NCBI GenBank assembly: GCA_045635825.1
Contig: JAZTWM010000015.1
Span: 6,786-70,785, forward strand
Direction of reading: 5' to 3'
Length of the DNA: 64,000 bases
Origin: Candidatus Enterousia sp.
Lineage (GTDB): Bacteria > Pseudomonadota > Alphaproteobacteria > Rs-D84
A program made the position numbers and the translations under genes. This document shows positions 47,930 through 58,935 of this stretch, piece after piece. The notes under the pieces are model-generated. The model had not been told where the DNA came from, did no database searches, and saw only the letters and a list, made by a program, of their open reading frames with translations. Within the stretch, counting starts at the first letter, position 1. Each line of letters opens with the position of its first letter.

Positions 47930-49003
47930 TTATTCTGCTTTATCTTCTTGGTTGATTTGTGCACGAACATCTGCCAAGGCGGTTGCACGTTCGGCAATCA
48001 AGCCGTTCAGGTTTGCCTGAGTTAGGCCAGCAGCATATTTAATTGCATTCGCAAAAGCCAAGGCATCACTGTTACCATGTGTTTTAAACGCAAAACCACG
48101 CAACCCCAAGAATGTCGCACCAGCATATGAACGTGGATCAATCTTGTGCTTTAGACGCTTGAATACATGTACCAAGAAAAACGCACCAATCATTGCCAAA
48201 ATTGATTTCTTGAAATTTTCAACAACAACACGCTTAATCAATTTGGCGGTACCTTCAACCGTCTTTAAAACGATATTGCCAGTAAAACCGTCCGTAACAA
48301 CAACCTGAACACGACCGGCACTGATATCATTTGCCTCGACAAAACCAATGTAATCATATGGTAATTTGTCTTTGTTTGCCGTCAGTACTTTGTTCAGGTG
48401 AATTAGGGTTTCGTTACCTTTAGTCTCTTCAGAACCGATATTCAAAATACCCAATTTTGGACGTGGCATTTTACCAACGACTTCGGCATAAACACTGCCC
48501 AAAACGGCAAAATCAAATAAAATACTTTCATCACAATGGACATTTGCCCCCAAATCCAGCACGACAACACGACTGTCGCCGGCACCAGATGGTAACATTG
48601 TCGTAATCGCAGGACGTGAAATACCTTCAATGGTTTTTAATGCCAACTTTGACAAGGACATTAACATACCTGTATTGCCGGCACTGATAATTGCGGCAGA
48701 GTTTCCTTCGCGTACGTCTTTGATTGCCATGTACATAGATGTATCTTGGGCGTGACGTAAAACCTCCATCACTTTGTCTGTACCCTTGATAACATTTGGT
48801 GCATGAACAATCGTTGTGTTGCGTGCAACGCGTGGATACTTTGCCATCAATTTGCGTAATTTCTTTTCGTCACCAAACAAACGAAACGCAATATCGCCTT
48901 CGCCATTTTGGTATAAATACTGATTCATGCCACCCAAGACCGCATTTGGTCCCTTGTCACCACCCATGGCATCAATCGCAATAATCTTTTTTTCTTCTGA
49001 CAT
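47930..49003 (-). CDS. plsX: Phosphate acyltransferase PlsX
   Basis: IAIDAMGGDKGP N-terminus and conserved PlsX core. Confidence 0.9.
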   Translation of the reverse strand: MSEEKKIIAIDAMGGDKGPNAVLGGMNQYLYQNGEGDIAFRLFGDEKKLRKLMAKYPRVARNTTIVHAPNVIKGTDKVMEVLRHAQDTSMYMAIKDVREGNSAAIISAGNTGMLMSLSKLALKTIEGISRPAITTMLPSGAGDSRVVVLDLGANVHCDESILFDFAVLGSVYAEVVGKMPRPKLGILNIGSEETKGNETLIHLNKVLTANKDKLPYDYIGFVEANDISAGRVQVVVTDGFTGNIVLKTVEGTAKLIKRVVVENFKKSILAMIGAFFLVHVFKRLKHKIDPRSYAGATFLGLRGFAFKTHGNSDALAFANAIKYAAGLTQANLNGLIAERATALADVRAQINQEDKAE

Positions 49004-49080
49004 AATAAAAGCAGAAAAGGGGGGAACATTTCGCCCTGCCCTTTTTCTGCCCCCTGATTTTATTTATTTTTCGGGTTAAA

Positions 49081-49230
49081 TTATTTCGCACCACATGCAG
49101 CGCAAATATGGTGTGGACGTTTCTTTTCGCCACAAACCTTGCATACACCACATGGCATTACAGACAATGCATCATGTGAACGACGCTGTGCGGAACGTGC
49201 TTTACTTGTTTTACTTTTTGGCGTTGCCAT
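49081..49230 (-). CDS. rpmF: 50S ribosomal protein L32
   Basis: Hand-translated 49 aa: MATPKSKTSKARSAQRRSHDALSVMPCGVCKVCGEKKRPHHICAACGAK (C-x2-C...C-x2-C Zn ribbon). Confidence 0.75.
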   Translation of the reverse strand: MATPKSKTSKARSAQRRSHDALSVMPCGVCKVCGEKKRPHHICAACGAK

Positions 49231-49330
49231 TTTATATCCTTTTTATTTTGACTGTCTTATTGTATTCAAATCATTACGATTTGCAAGGAAAACTTTATGT
49301 CCGCCCAGATTTACACTGGGCGGAGATTTT

Positions 49331-52300
49331 TTAGATGTCCAGCAACTGTTGCTGACCATTGCCTTCACGTGCCAATCTTTCTGCCTTTTCTTCTGCTTTG
49401 GCAATTTCGCGTACACGACGTACATATGCACCCGTACCAATTGGAATCAGACGACCAACAATCAAGTTTTCATTGATACCAACCAATCTATCTGTTGAAC
49501 CAGAGATAGCGGCATCAACCAATACCTTGGTTGTCTGTTGGAACGATGCATTCGAGATAAATGAACGTGATGTCAATGATGCACGAGTCAAACCAACCAA
49601 GACCTGAGAAGCTTCGGCCAGACGACCATTATCACGTGCAACACGTGCATTTTCTTCTTCGAAATCAACACGATCAACGACCTGGCCCATCAAGAAGCCT
49701 GTGTCACCTGGATTTGTGATTTCAACACGACGTGTCATTTCACGAATCAAGATTTCAATGTGCTTGTCATTGATGGTCACACCCTGCAAACGATAAACCT
49801 GCTGAATCTGGTCAACCATAAAGGTCGCCAAGGCTTTCTGGCCTAAGATACGCAAGATGTCTTGTGGAACAGGGTCACCATCAACCAATTTTTCAGCCTT
49901 TTTAACAACGTCACCACTGCGAACCAACAAGTTTGTACCCTTTGGAACAGCATATTCAACCGGTGCGGTGCCATCTTCTGGTTCGATACGAATGATAATC
50001 TTAGATTTTGCATCTTCTAAATCAATTGTACCGTCAATTTCAGCCAATAACGCAGGGTTTGTTGGACGACGAACTTCCAGCAATTCGTTAACACGTGGCA
50101 GACCGCCCGTAATGTCGCCTGTACGTTTTGCCTGAACAGGGATACGTGCGATAATGTCACCTGCAACAACGCTATCACCATTTGCAACATTCAAGATTGA
50201 ATAGGTTGGCAACAGATATTCTGCAATCTTTTTGCCACCCAGGTTGATAACGTTACCAGATGCATCAACCAATGTGATAGCAGGTTTTAATGCCTTCTTG
50301 GTGTTTGTCTTCCAGTTGATAACCTTGCGAGAAACGATACCAGTCATTGAATCAACTTCTTCTTGATAGGAAACGTTTTCAATCAAGTCATTGAAGTTCA
50401 CGATACCGTCCGCTTCGGCGATGATTGTGTTGGAATATGGATCCCATTCTGCCACTTTGGCGCCCTTTTCAACAGAATCGCCATCATTGACAATCAACAT
50501 AGATGCGTATGGCAGGCTGCTGCTGAATAATTCTTTGCCATCAGTACCAACAACCGTCAGTTTACCATTACGTGACAGAACAACAATACGGCCTGCACTG
50601 TTCTTAATGGTCTTTACATCAACCAATTTGATTGTACCTGCAACAGGGACTTCGATAAAGTGACTTTCTGCACCACCGGCAGCAACACCACCAATGTGGA
50701 AGGTACGCAACGTCAACTGAGTACCAGGTTCACCAATCGACTGACCCGCGATAACACCAACCGCTTCGCCAACGTGTACCAATGCATTACGTGACAAGTC
50801 CATACCATAACATTTTGCACACAAACCGTCACTGCAACATGTCAGCACACTGCGTACATCAACACTTGGCAGACCAGATTCATTAATTGCCTTGGCCGCA
50901 GCCTTGGTAATCAATTCGCCTGCTGGGACAATCATTTCTTTGGTAATTGGATGAACAATGTCATTTGCCGCAGTACGTCCCAAAACAACGTCACCCAGTG
51001 CAACAGACAATGTAGAACCCTGGTATACAGGTTTTGCAGTAATGAATTCTGTTGTACCACAATCGTGTTCTGTAATAACTGTATTCTGTGCCAATTCAAC
51101 CAAACGACGTGTCAAATAACCAGCGTCAGCGGTCTTCAAAGCCGTATCCGACATACCTTTACGCGCACCGTGGGTAGATGTAAAGTATTCAGACATGGTC
51201 AAACCTTCTTTAAAGTTCGAAATAATTGGAACTTCGATAATAGAACCGTCTGGTTTCTGCATCATACCACGCATACCCGCCAACTGCTGAATCTGACGTT
51301 TAGAACCACGGGCACCTGACAAAGCCATCATATGGATAGAGTTCCATTTGTCGCCAGATGATTTACCCAATGCAGCATACGCCATATCACCCAATTTGTC
51401 GGTTGTTTTCTGCCACAAGTCAATCAATTTGTTATGACGTTCACCGCCAGACAGCAAACCGTTTTGATACTGTTCTTCAATTTCTTCGGCAGACTTTTCT
51501 GATTCTGCAATCAGGTCTTTCTTTTCCGCAGGAATTACAATGTCATCGTAACCAATGGAAATACCACTGCGTGCCGCCTGTTCGAAACCGGTATTCTTTA
51601 ATGCGTCAGCCAACAAAATAGTCGCTTTGTCGCCACAGCGTTCATATGTGGTTGCCAACAACGCCTTGATTTCTTTTACAGGCATAACCTTGTTTACTAA
51701 ATCAAATGGCATATTGTCAGATTTTGGCAACAATTCGCCCAAAATCATACGGCCAGCGGTTGTTTTATATGTTTTTCCATTGATACGTGCAACGATTGGT
51801 GTATGCAATGTGATGGATTTGTTATCCAATGCCAACTGCACTTCGTCCATATTTGCAAAACGTGGTGATTTTTCATCGTGTTCGCCGTTAATCAACGAAA
51901 TGTAGTATACACCCAATACCATGTCTTGTGATGGTACAATCATTGGTTCACCGTTCGCAGGTGACAATACGTTGTTAGATGCCAACATCAATGTACGTGC
52001 TTCTAACTGTGCTTCTAATGAAATTGGAACGTGAACAGACATCTGGTCACCGTCAAAGTCAGCGTTAAAGCCCTTACATACCAATGGGTGCAGACGGATT
52101 GCCTTGCCTTCAATCAAGACAGGTTCAAATGCCAACAAGGACAAACGGTGCAAAGTAGGTGCGCGGTTCAACAATACTGGATGTTCGTGAATAACCTTTT
52201 CCAGCATTTCCCATACGACATCTTCGCCATTTTCAACCATCTTGCGGGCTGTTTTCAATGTATTTGCATGATCGCCGGCAAGCAGTCGTGCATAAACAAA

Positions 52301-53440
52301 TGGCTTGAACAATTCCAATGCCATTGTTTTTGGCAAACCAACCTGATGCAATTTCAATGTTGGACCAGATACGATAACTGAACGACCAGAGTAGTCTACA
52401 CGTTTACCCAACATATTCATACGGAAACGACCAGACTTACCACGCAAAGAATCAGACAATGATTTCAATGGACGGCGGTTCTGGGATACCATTGGGCGTG
52501 CCTTGTGACCGTTATCAAACAAGGAATCAACCGCTTCTTGTAACATACGTTTTTCATTACGGATAATGATATCAGGTGCGTGCATTTCCATAAAGCGTTT
52601 CAAACGGTTGTTACGGATAATTACACGACGATATAAATCATTCAAGTCAGATGCAGCAACGTGACCCGCATCCAATGTAACCAATGGACGCATATCTGGT
52701 GGGATAACAGGGATAATATCAGGCATCATCCATGCAGGTTCTGTTTTAGAATCCAAGAACGCTTCGACCAATTTTAATTGTTTGATTAATGCTTTGCGTT
52801 TTGCTTCGGATTTTGTATCAACCAATTCTGCACGCAGACGTGTACGTTCATCACCCATATCTAAATTAGAAATAATTGAACGAACACCTTCGGCACCGAT
52901 GCCTACGCGGAATGCGTCTGCACCAAATTCTTCAACTGCTGCCTGATATTCATCTTCGCTGATTACATCGTATTGTTTCAGGTTTGTTAAACCTGGTTCA
53001 ATAACGATATAGGCGTGGTATGAAATAACCTGTTCTAATTTTTTCTGTGGCAGATTGTTTAATAATGTTGCGATTTTGCCTTCACGCAGGAACCAAGTGT
53101 GTGCAACAGGCATCGCCAATTTAATGTGCCCCATACGTTCACGACGAACCGCAGAAGTACCAACTTCTACGCCGCACTTTTCGCAAACCAAGCCACGGAA
53201 TTTGATTCTTTTATATTTACCGCAAGCACATTCAAAATCCTTGATTGGACCAAAAATCTGCTGGCAGAACAGACCTTCTGCTTCTGGTTTCATGGAATGA
53301 TAGTTAATGGTTTCTGGTTTTTTAACCTCGCCATGGGACCAGGACAGAATCTCTTCTGGGGATGCAATTGTAATGCGTAAGGCATCAAATTGTTCCTTGG
53401 TTTCAATTTGTCCAAATATCTTTTGCAACATATTGCTCAT
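49331..53440 (-). CDS. rpoC: DNA-directed RNA polymerase subunit beta'
   Basis: 1369 aa. NADFDGDQM active site and Zn-finger CACGKYK...C. Confidence 0.95.
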   Translation of the reverse strand: MSNMLQKIFGQIETKEQFDALRITIASPEEILSWSHGEVKKPETINYHSMKPEAEGLFCQQIFGPIKDFECACGKYKRIKFRGLVCEKCGVEVGTSAVRRERMGHIKLAMPVAHTWFLREGKIATLLNNLPQKKLEQVISYHAYIVIEPGLTNLKQYDVISEDEYQAAVEEFGADAFRVGIGAEGVRSIISNLDMGDERTRLRAELVDTKSEAKRKALIKQLKLVEAFLDSKTEPAWMMPDIIPVIPPDMRPLVTLDAGHVAASDLNDLYRRVIIRNNRLKRFMEMHAPDIIIRNEKRMLQEAVDSLFDNGHKARPMVSQNRRPLKSLSDSLRGKSGRFRMNMLGKRVDYSGRSVIVSGPTLKLHQVGLPKTMALELFKPFVYARLLAGDHANTLKTARKMVENGEDVVWEMLEKVIHEHPVLLNRAPTLHRLSLLAFEPVLIEGKAIRLHPLVCKGFNADFDGDQMSVHVPISLEAQLEARTLMLASNNVLSPANGEPMIVPSQDMVLGVYYISLINGEHDEKSPRFANMDEVQLALDNKSITLHTPIVARINGKTYKTTAGRMILGELLPKSDNMPFDLVNKVMPVKEIKALLATTYERCGDKATILLADALKNTGFEQAARSGISIGYDDIVIPAEKKDLIAESEKSAEEIEEQYQNGLLSGGERHNKLIDLWQKTTDKLGDMAYAALGKSSGDKWNSIHMMALSGARGSKRQIQQLAGMRGMMQKPDGSIIEVPIISNFKEGLTMSEYFTSTHGARKGMSDTALKTADAGYLTRRLVELAQNTVITEHDCGTTEFITAKPVYQGSTLSVALGDVVLGRTAANDIVHPITKEMIVPAGELITKAAAKAINESGLPSVDVRSVLTCCSDGLCAKCYGMDLSRNALVHVGEAVGVIAGQSIGEPGTQLTLRTFHIGGVAAGGAESHFIEVPVAGTIKLVDVKTIKNSAGRIVVLSRNGKLTVVGTDGKELFSSSLPYASMLIVNDGDSVEKGAKVAEWDPYSNTIIAEADGIVNFNDLIENVSYQEEVDSMTGIVSRKVINWKTNTKKALKPAITLVDASGNVINLGGKKIAEYLLPTYSILNVANGDSVVAGDIIARIPVQAKRTGDITGGLPRVNELLEVRRPTNPALLAEIDGTIDLEDAKSKIIIRIEPEDGTAPVEYAVPKGTNLLVRSGDVVKKAEKLVDGDPVPQDILRILGQKALATFMVDQIQQVYRLQGVTINDKHIEILIREMTRRVEITNPGDTGFLMGQVVDRVDFEEENARVARDNGRLAEASQVLVGLTRASLTSRSFISNASFQQTTKVLVDAAISGSTDRLVGINENLIVGRLIPIGTGAYVRRVREIAKAEEKAERLAREGNGQQQLLDI

Positions 53441-53468
53441 TATATTTTGCTCCTTATAAAATAGTTTT

Positions 53469-53531
53469 TAGTTGTTAGTGTGGCTAGTGGTTAGGGTGTG
53501 GGGATTGCCCCCACACCAATGCTAACAACTA
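53469..53531. repeat. Nested inverted repeat in the rpoB-rpoC spacer
   Basis: Outer arms TAGTTGTTAG/CTAACAACTA. Inner 9-bp GC stem GGTGTGGGG/CCCCACACC with a 5-nt loop. No flanking T-run. Confidence 0.6.
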
Positions 53532-56500
53532 ATCTACTTTCTTTGGTGTCATCGCCAGACCCAAACCACGCAATTCACGTACGAATACGTTAAATGCCTC
53601 TGGTGTGCCTGTCTGGATGTCATCACTGCCTGAAATGATGGATTCGTACATCTTGTTACGGCCTGTGATGTCGTCAGATTTTACTGTCAACATTTCACGC
53701 AACAAATGTGCGGCACCATGTGCTTCCAATGCCCAAACTTCCATTTCACCTAAACGCTGGCCACCCATGTGGGCTTTACCAGACAATGGCTGCTGGGTGA
53801 CTAAGGAATAGTTACCAATTGAACGTGCGTGAATCTTTTCATCAACGAAGTGATGCAGTTTCAGCATGTACATAACACCAACTGTTACTGGACGTGCAAA
53901 CTTTTCACCAGTCATACCGTCATACAAGTCAAACTGACCTGTTTCTGGCAGACCCGCCAATGTCAACATTGAACGAATGTCTTCTGGGGTCGCACCGTCA
54001 AATGTTGGTGTCGCCATTGGAACACCGTCACGCAACAGTGATGCCTGGGCACGAACATCTGTATCTGTCATTTTTTCCAGTTTATCAGCAACATCTTTGC
54101 CATAAACCTTGCCCATGATGTTACGCAAATCATCGGTAACAGCACGTTTGGCCTTTACTTCGTCCAAAACTGCACCAATCTGGGCACCCAATGTACGGGC
54201 AGCCATACCAAGGTGGGTTTCTAAAATCTGGCCAATGTTCATACGTGATGGCACACCCAATGGATTCAATACAATATCAACCGGTGTACCGTCTGCCAAG
54301 TGTGGCATATCTTCGACAGGAACAACCTTGGATACAATACCCTTGTTACCATGACGACCCGCCATTTTATCACCAGGTTGCAACTTCATCTTGTGTGCAA
54401 TGTATACTTTTACTTCTTTTAATACACCTGCATTCAAAGAGTTGCTTTCTGTGGCCTTGGATACTTCGGCATCTGCTTTTTCGTTCAGCATCTTTAACTT
54501 TACAACATGCTGATCACGCAGTTCATCGATTTTTGCCTGGGCTTCTTTGTCTTTGACAACCAACTTTTTAACATCGGATGCACGGACACCTTCGAATACT
54601 TCGCTGGTCAATTTCTTGCCAACAAATGGCTTTAAACTGCCAGTGCCTGATTCAATGACCATGTTTTCAGCGATTTGGAATACCTGGTCGGCAAAGCCCT
54701 TTTCAATAATCGCAATTTCTTCTTCGCGATCTTTGTTAATCTTTTCGATTTTCTGCAGTTCAATCATCTGGGTACGTTCGTCTTTCTTTACACCATGACG
54801 GGTCAAGACGTTTACACCGATAACAGTACCCTCTTCGTTTGGTCCAACACGCAAGGATGTGTCTTTTACATTCAATGCTTTTTCACCAAAGATGTTACGC
54901 AACAAGGCCTCTTCTGGTGTTAACAATGTTTCAGACTTTGGTGTTACACGACCAACCAAGATGTCGCCCTGCTTTACACGAGCACCAACATAGATGATAC
55001 CGGATTCGTCCAGATTCTTTAACGCTTCTTCACCAACATTTGGAATGTCACGTGTCAAGGATTCTGGGCCCAACTGGGTGTCACGAACTTTGAATTCTTT
55101 TTCAACAATCTTGACAGATGTGAACACGTCATCACGTGAAATCTTTTCAGAGATAACGATAGAGTCTTCATAGTTGTAACCACGCCATGGCATAAAGGCA
55201 ACCAATACATTGCGACCCAATGCCAAATCACCATAGTTCATAGATGAACCGTCAGCAATGATGTCGCCTGCAGAGATACGATCACCTACTTTTACCAATG
55301 GTTTTTGGTGAATCAATGTTTCACTATTGGAACGTTCGAATTTTTCCAGATTGTAAATATCAACACCGGTAACGACGTTGCGGCTGTTCATACATTTAAC
55401 CACGATACGGTTTGCATCAACAGATTCAACAATACCACTGTGTTTTGCAACCTTACCAGTACGAGAGTCACGTGCAACTTCGCGTTCAATACCAGTACCG
55501 ACCAATGGTGCCTGAACACGCAATAGTGGAACAGCCTGACGCTGCATGTTTGAACCCATCAAAGCACGGTTCGCGTCGTCGTTTTCAACGAATGGAATCA
55601 AACCAGTTGCGATAGATACTACCTGACGTGGCTCAACGTCGATTAAGTCAACTTCGTCTTTTGGAACCATTGTAAATTCGCCATCAACACGTGCCGTAAC
55701 CATTTCTTCGGCCAAAATGCCGTCTTTGGTTGTTGGTGTATTACCCTGGGCAATTTTATGACCCAATTCTTCGTCTGCGGTCAGGTAAATCATCTTGTCT
55801 GTAATGCGACTGTTTTCAACAACATAGTATGGTGTTTCAATAAAGCCATATGGATTTACACGTGCATATGTAGACAAGTGGTTAATCAAACCAATATTCG
55901 CACCTTCTGGGGTATGAATTGGGCACAGACGACCATAATGTGTCGGGTGAACGTCACGAACGTCAATGCCTGCACGTTCACGATTCAAACCACCAGGACC
56001 CAAAGCAGAAATCAAACGTTTGTGTTCCAATTCTGACAATGGATTATATGCGTCCATAAACTGGGACAATTGTGATGTACCCAAGAACTCAGACACCAGG
56101 GACATTAATGGTTTTACATTGATAACATCCTGTGGTTGCATATTGGCAATGTTCTGGGAAGATAACGCTTCACGAACCAGACGTTCAATACGAACCATAC
56201 CAGTACGGAAGTTCTGTTCCAATAATTCGCCAACTGTGCGAACACGACGATTTGACAGATTGTCAATATCATCAACAGTGTCCTTGCGATCAATAATATT
56301 TGTTAATGTTTTCAATACAGCCAAGAAATCGCCCTTGGTCAACAAGCGTTCATCTTCTGGCTTTTTCCCAGATTCAATTTTCAAACGTTTGTTCATCTTA
56401 AAGCGACCAACAGCAGACAAATCATAGTATGCAGGTTCAAAACCTTGACGCATAAACAGGTTGATTGCCGCTTCTAATGTTGGGCGTTCGCCTGGACGGA

Positions 56501-57695
56501 TGATATTATAGATTTCAATCAAGGCTTCTTCACGATTTGTTGTCTTGTCCGCCATCAATGTATTGCGGATATGAGCACTGATTGTAGCGTTATCAATAGA
56601 AATCAGGCTGATTTCTTTGATACCCATCTTGTCCAAGTCATTTAAAACTTCTTCGGTGATTTCTGTACCGGCTGGGAATGCAACTTCGTCACCAGACATA
56701 ATTGGATCAAATAAATATTCACCAATCAATGATTCTGGCATAACGGCAAAACTTTTGGATTCCAATAATTTTTTCATGCGTTTTGCATTCAAACGATCAC
56801 CCTTGGACGCAATAACCTTTTTATCTTTTGGATTAATCAGGTCATAGTTCAAGCGATATTTATCCAAGCCTTCAAAACTGGAAGTTTCACCAGCCCATAA
56901 CTTGCCGTCAAAAGATAATGGAATGCGTTTATAGAATGCACCCAGTATTTCAGCATCACTCATACCACGAATTGTTGGTTTGCGTGGATCTGCCAACCAT
57001 TTCTTTTCATCTTCGGCACTTGGCAAGCAACGCAACAATACGGTTGCAGGAACTTTGCGGCGGCGATCGATACGAACATAAATTACACCCTTGGATTCTT
57101 CAAAATCAATCCAAGATCCATGTTCTGGGATGATACGCGCAGTAAATGTGGTTGGGTTACCCGCAACCTTGGATTCTTTGGTTGTTGCAAACACAACGCC
57201 CTGGGCACGATGCATCTGGGATACAATTACACGTTCAACGCCGGATGCAATAAAGCTGCCACGTTCTGTCATAAGTGGCACTTCGCCCATAAATATTTCT
57301 TGTTCTTTGATGTCACGCAGAGACTTTTTGCCATCTTCTGCGACATCCCATAAAATCAATCTCAGCTTCAGTTTCAACTTGCTGGAGTATGTCATGTTGC
57401 GCAACATGCATTCTTTTACGTTATAGACAGGTTTGTCTAATGTATATTCCACGAATTCCAAGTCGGCAATACCGGCATAGTCTTTGATTGGGAACATAGA
57501 AGAGAATACATTTTGCAATCCCATATTTTTGCGGGATTGTGGGTCAACATCTGCCTGCAAGAAGTCCTTGTAGGAATTATATTGAATTTCAACTAAATCA
57601 GGAAGCGGAGTTTGCAAAAAACTTTTACCAAAAGATTTTCTTAGTTTCTGGATAACTGCCATCGGTTTTAATCCTTTTTTCTGTGCGTTTTGCAA
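53529..57695 (-). CDS. rpoB: DNA-directed RNA polymerase subunit beta
   Basis: 1388 aa. Conserved beta-subunit blocks throughout. Confidence 0.95.
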   Translation of the reverse strand: MQNAQKKGLKPMAVIQKLRKSFGKSFLQTPLPDLVEIQYNSYKDFLQADVDPQSRKNMGLQNVFSSMFPIKDYAGIADLEFVEYTLDKPVYNVKECMLRNMTYSSKLKLKLRLILWDVAEDGKKSLRDIKEQEIFMGEVPLMTERGSFIASGVERVIVSQMHRAQGVVFATTKESKVAGNPTTFTARIIPEHGSWIDFEESKGVIYVRIDRRRKVPATVLLRCLPSAEDEKKWLADPRKPTIRGMSDAEILGAFYKRIPLSFDGKLWAGETSSFEGLDKYRLNYDLINPKDKKVIASKGDRLNAKRMKKLLESKSFAVMPESLIGEYLFDPIMSGDEVAFPAGTEITEEVLNDLDKMGIKEISLISIDNATISAHIRNTLMADKTTNREEALIEIYNIIRPGERPTLEAAINLFMRQGFEPAYYDLSAVGRFKMNKRLKIESGKKPEDERLLTKGDFLAVLKTLTNIIDRKDTVDDIDNLSNRRVRTVGELLEQNFRTGMVRIERLVREALSSQNIANMQPQDVINVKPLMSLVSEFLGTSQLSQFMDAYNPLSELEHKRLISALGPGGLNRERAGIDVRDVHPTHYGRLCPIHTPEGANIGLINHLSTYARVNPYGFIETPYYVVENSRITDKMIYLTADEELGHKIAQGNTPTTKDGILAEEMVTARVDGEFTMVPKDEVDLIDVEPRQVVSIATGLIPFVENDDANRALMGSNMQRQAVPLLRVQAPLVGTGIEREVARDSRTGKVAKHSGIVESVDANRIVVKCMNSRNVVTGVDIYNLEKFERSNSETLIHQKPLVKVGDRISAGDIIADGSSMNYGDLALGRNVLVAFMPWRGYNYEDSIVISEKISRDDVFTSVKIVEKEFKVRDTQLGPESLTRDIPNVGEEALKNLDESGIIYVGARVKQGDILVGRVTPKSETLLTPEEALLRNIFGEKALNVKDTSLRVGPNEEGTVIGVNVLTRHGVKKDERTQMIELQKIEKINKDREEEIAIIEKGFADQVFQIAENMVIESGTGSLKPFVGKKLTSEVFEGVRASDVKKLVVKDKEAQAKIDELRDQHVVKLKMLNEKADAEVSKATESNSLNAGVLKEVKVYIAHKMKLQPGDKMAGRHGNKGIVSKVVPVEDMPHLADGTPVDIVLNPLGVPSRMNIGQILETHLGMAARTLGAQIGAVLDEVKAKRAVTDDLRNIMGKVYGKDVADKLEKMTDTDVRAQASLLRDGVPMATPTFDGATPEDIRSMLTLAGLPETGQFDLYDGMTGEKFARPVTVGVMYMLKLHHFVDEKIHARSIGNYSLVTQQPLSGKAHMGGQRLGEMEVWALEAHGAAHLLREMLTVKSDDITGRNKMYESIISGSDDIQTGTPEAFNVFVRELRGLGLAMTPKKVD

Positions 57696-57858
57696 ACGAT
57701 TGTGACATGTTTATGTCACGACTTTTTACTATTTTTTTGACTTACGTCTTTTTACGCCTTTTTGCCCGTATGGGATTTTCATCCCACACGGGCGGCGTTT
57801 GTCATATTTTCATACGACATATTATTTTGGAACCATCTGGTTGCCATGTTGAAATAAA

Positions 57859-58224
57859 TTATTTCATTTCAACCTTTGCACCAGCAGCTTCCAAAGCAGC
57901 TTTCAACTTTTCAGCATCGTCTTTGCCCAAGCCTTCTTTTACAGCCTTTGGTGCAGATTCAACCAATGCCTTTGCTTCGGCCAAGCCCAAGCCAGTTGCT
58001 TCTTTAACAGCCTTGATAACTGCCAATTTGTTTGCACCAACTTCAGCCAAGACAACATCAAATTCTGTCTTTTCTTCTGCAGCAGCTGCAACAGGACCAG
58101 CAGCAACTGCAACAGCAGCAGCAGCACTAACGCCCCATGTTTCTTCTAATGCTTTGGACAGTTCAACTGCTTCCAAAACGGTCAATTTTGACAATTCTTC
58201 AACTAATTTCTGAATGTCTGCCAT
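57859..58224 (-). CDS. rplL: 50S ribosomal protein L7/L12
   Basis: Ala/Glu-rich hinge and C-terminal domain ...[18 protein letters not shown]... Confidence 0.9.
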   Translation of the reverse strand: MADIQKLVEELSKLTVLEAVELSKALEETWGVSAAAAVAVAAGPVAAAAEEKTEFDVVLAEVGANKLAVIKAVKEATGLGLAEAKALVESAPKAVKEGLGKDDAEKLKAALEAAGAKVEMK

Positions 58225-58273
58225 TTTATTACTCCTAAGTTTTGTTTTAGGTCAGGATATACAAACCCTGATT

Positions 58274-58753
58274 TTATTGTTCTTTTTTTCCATACTCTGC
58301 TGATACTCGTGCCAAACGTGACGCAGGTTCGACCAAAATACGTGCGATTGTACCACGAATTTCCAACAGGGAAGGAAGCTTGGATAATTGCATAACGCCG
58401 TCTGTGTCCAGAACGTCTGCATCCATCTTACCGCCGATAATTGTCAAATTTGGGTGTTCACCAGCAAATTTTGCCAATACTTTGGTAACAGCCAAAGCAT
58501 CTGTCGCAACCGCAACAGCAGTTGGACGCTTTAACATGTCAGATACAGGTTCGAAATCAGTGTCTTTTAACGCCAATTTCATCAAACGGTTTTTAACAAC
58601 TTTGAATACAGAAACCAATGGACGTAATTCATTACGCAAGGCTTCGAATTCATTTACTGTCAAACCATGGTTTTCAACAATGAAAACACCGTTTGCGTCT
58701 TTCAGGGACGACTGCAACGCTGAAATCAAATCTGATTTTTCTTCGCGTCTCAT
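58274..58753 (-). CDS. rplJ: 50S ribosomal protein L10
   Basis: Position in the rplKAJL cluster. L10-like sequence. Confidence 0.9.
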   Translation of the reverse strand: MRREEKSDLISALQSSLKDANGVFIVENHGLTVNEFEALRNELRPLVSVFKVVKNRLMKLALKDTDFEPVSDMLKRPTAVAVATDALAVTKVLAKFAGEHPNLTIIGGKMDADVLDTDGVMQLSKLPSLLEIRGTIARILVEPASRLARVSAEYGKKEQ

Positions 58754-58935
58754 CTATTTTTCCTTCAAGCTTCTGTTTTGTTAACTTTCCATCCAGGTTT
58801 CCCCGGGATGGGGCTGAGGTTCCTGCCCCAAAGAATCTTTTCTTTGTCTATGATGGGAATTAAGTGTTGCCACACCATCAGTCTTGGACAGAAATCTGTT
58901 TTTGCGACCATGGAATTACCCACAGTCGCAATTAA
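58754..58935 (-). promoter_or_regulatory. Probable L10(L12)4 autoregulatory leader upstream of rplJ
   Basis: 182-nt untranslated GC-richer spacer between rplA and rplJ, with a GC stem CCCCGGGATGGGG. Assignment is by context only. Confidence 0.35.

Noticed and set aside
49359-57426. Many short ORFs on the plus strand within rpoC/rpoB, for example 50951-51319, 52031-52381, 55966-56427
   Set aside because: They are antisense to essential, well-supported RNAP genes. Typical spurious frames.
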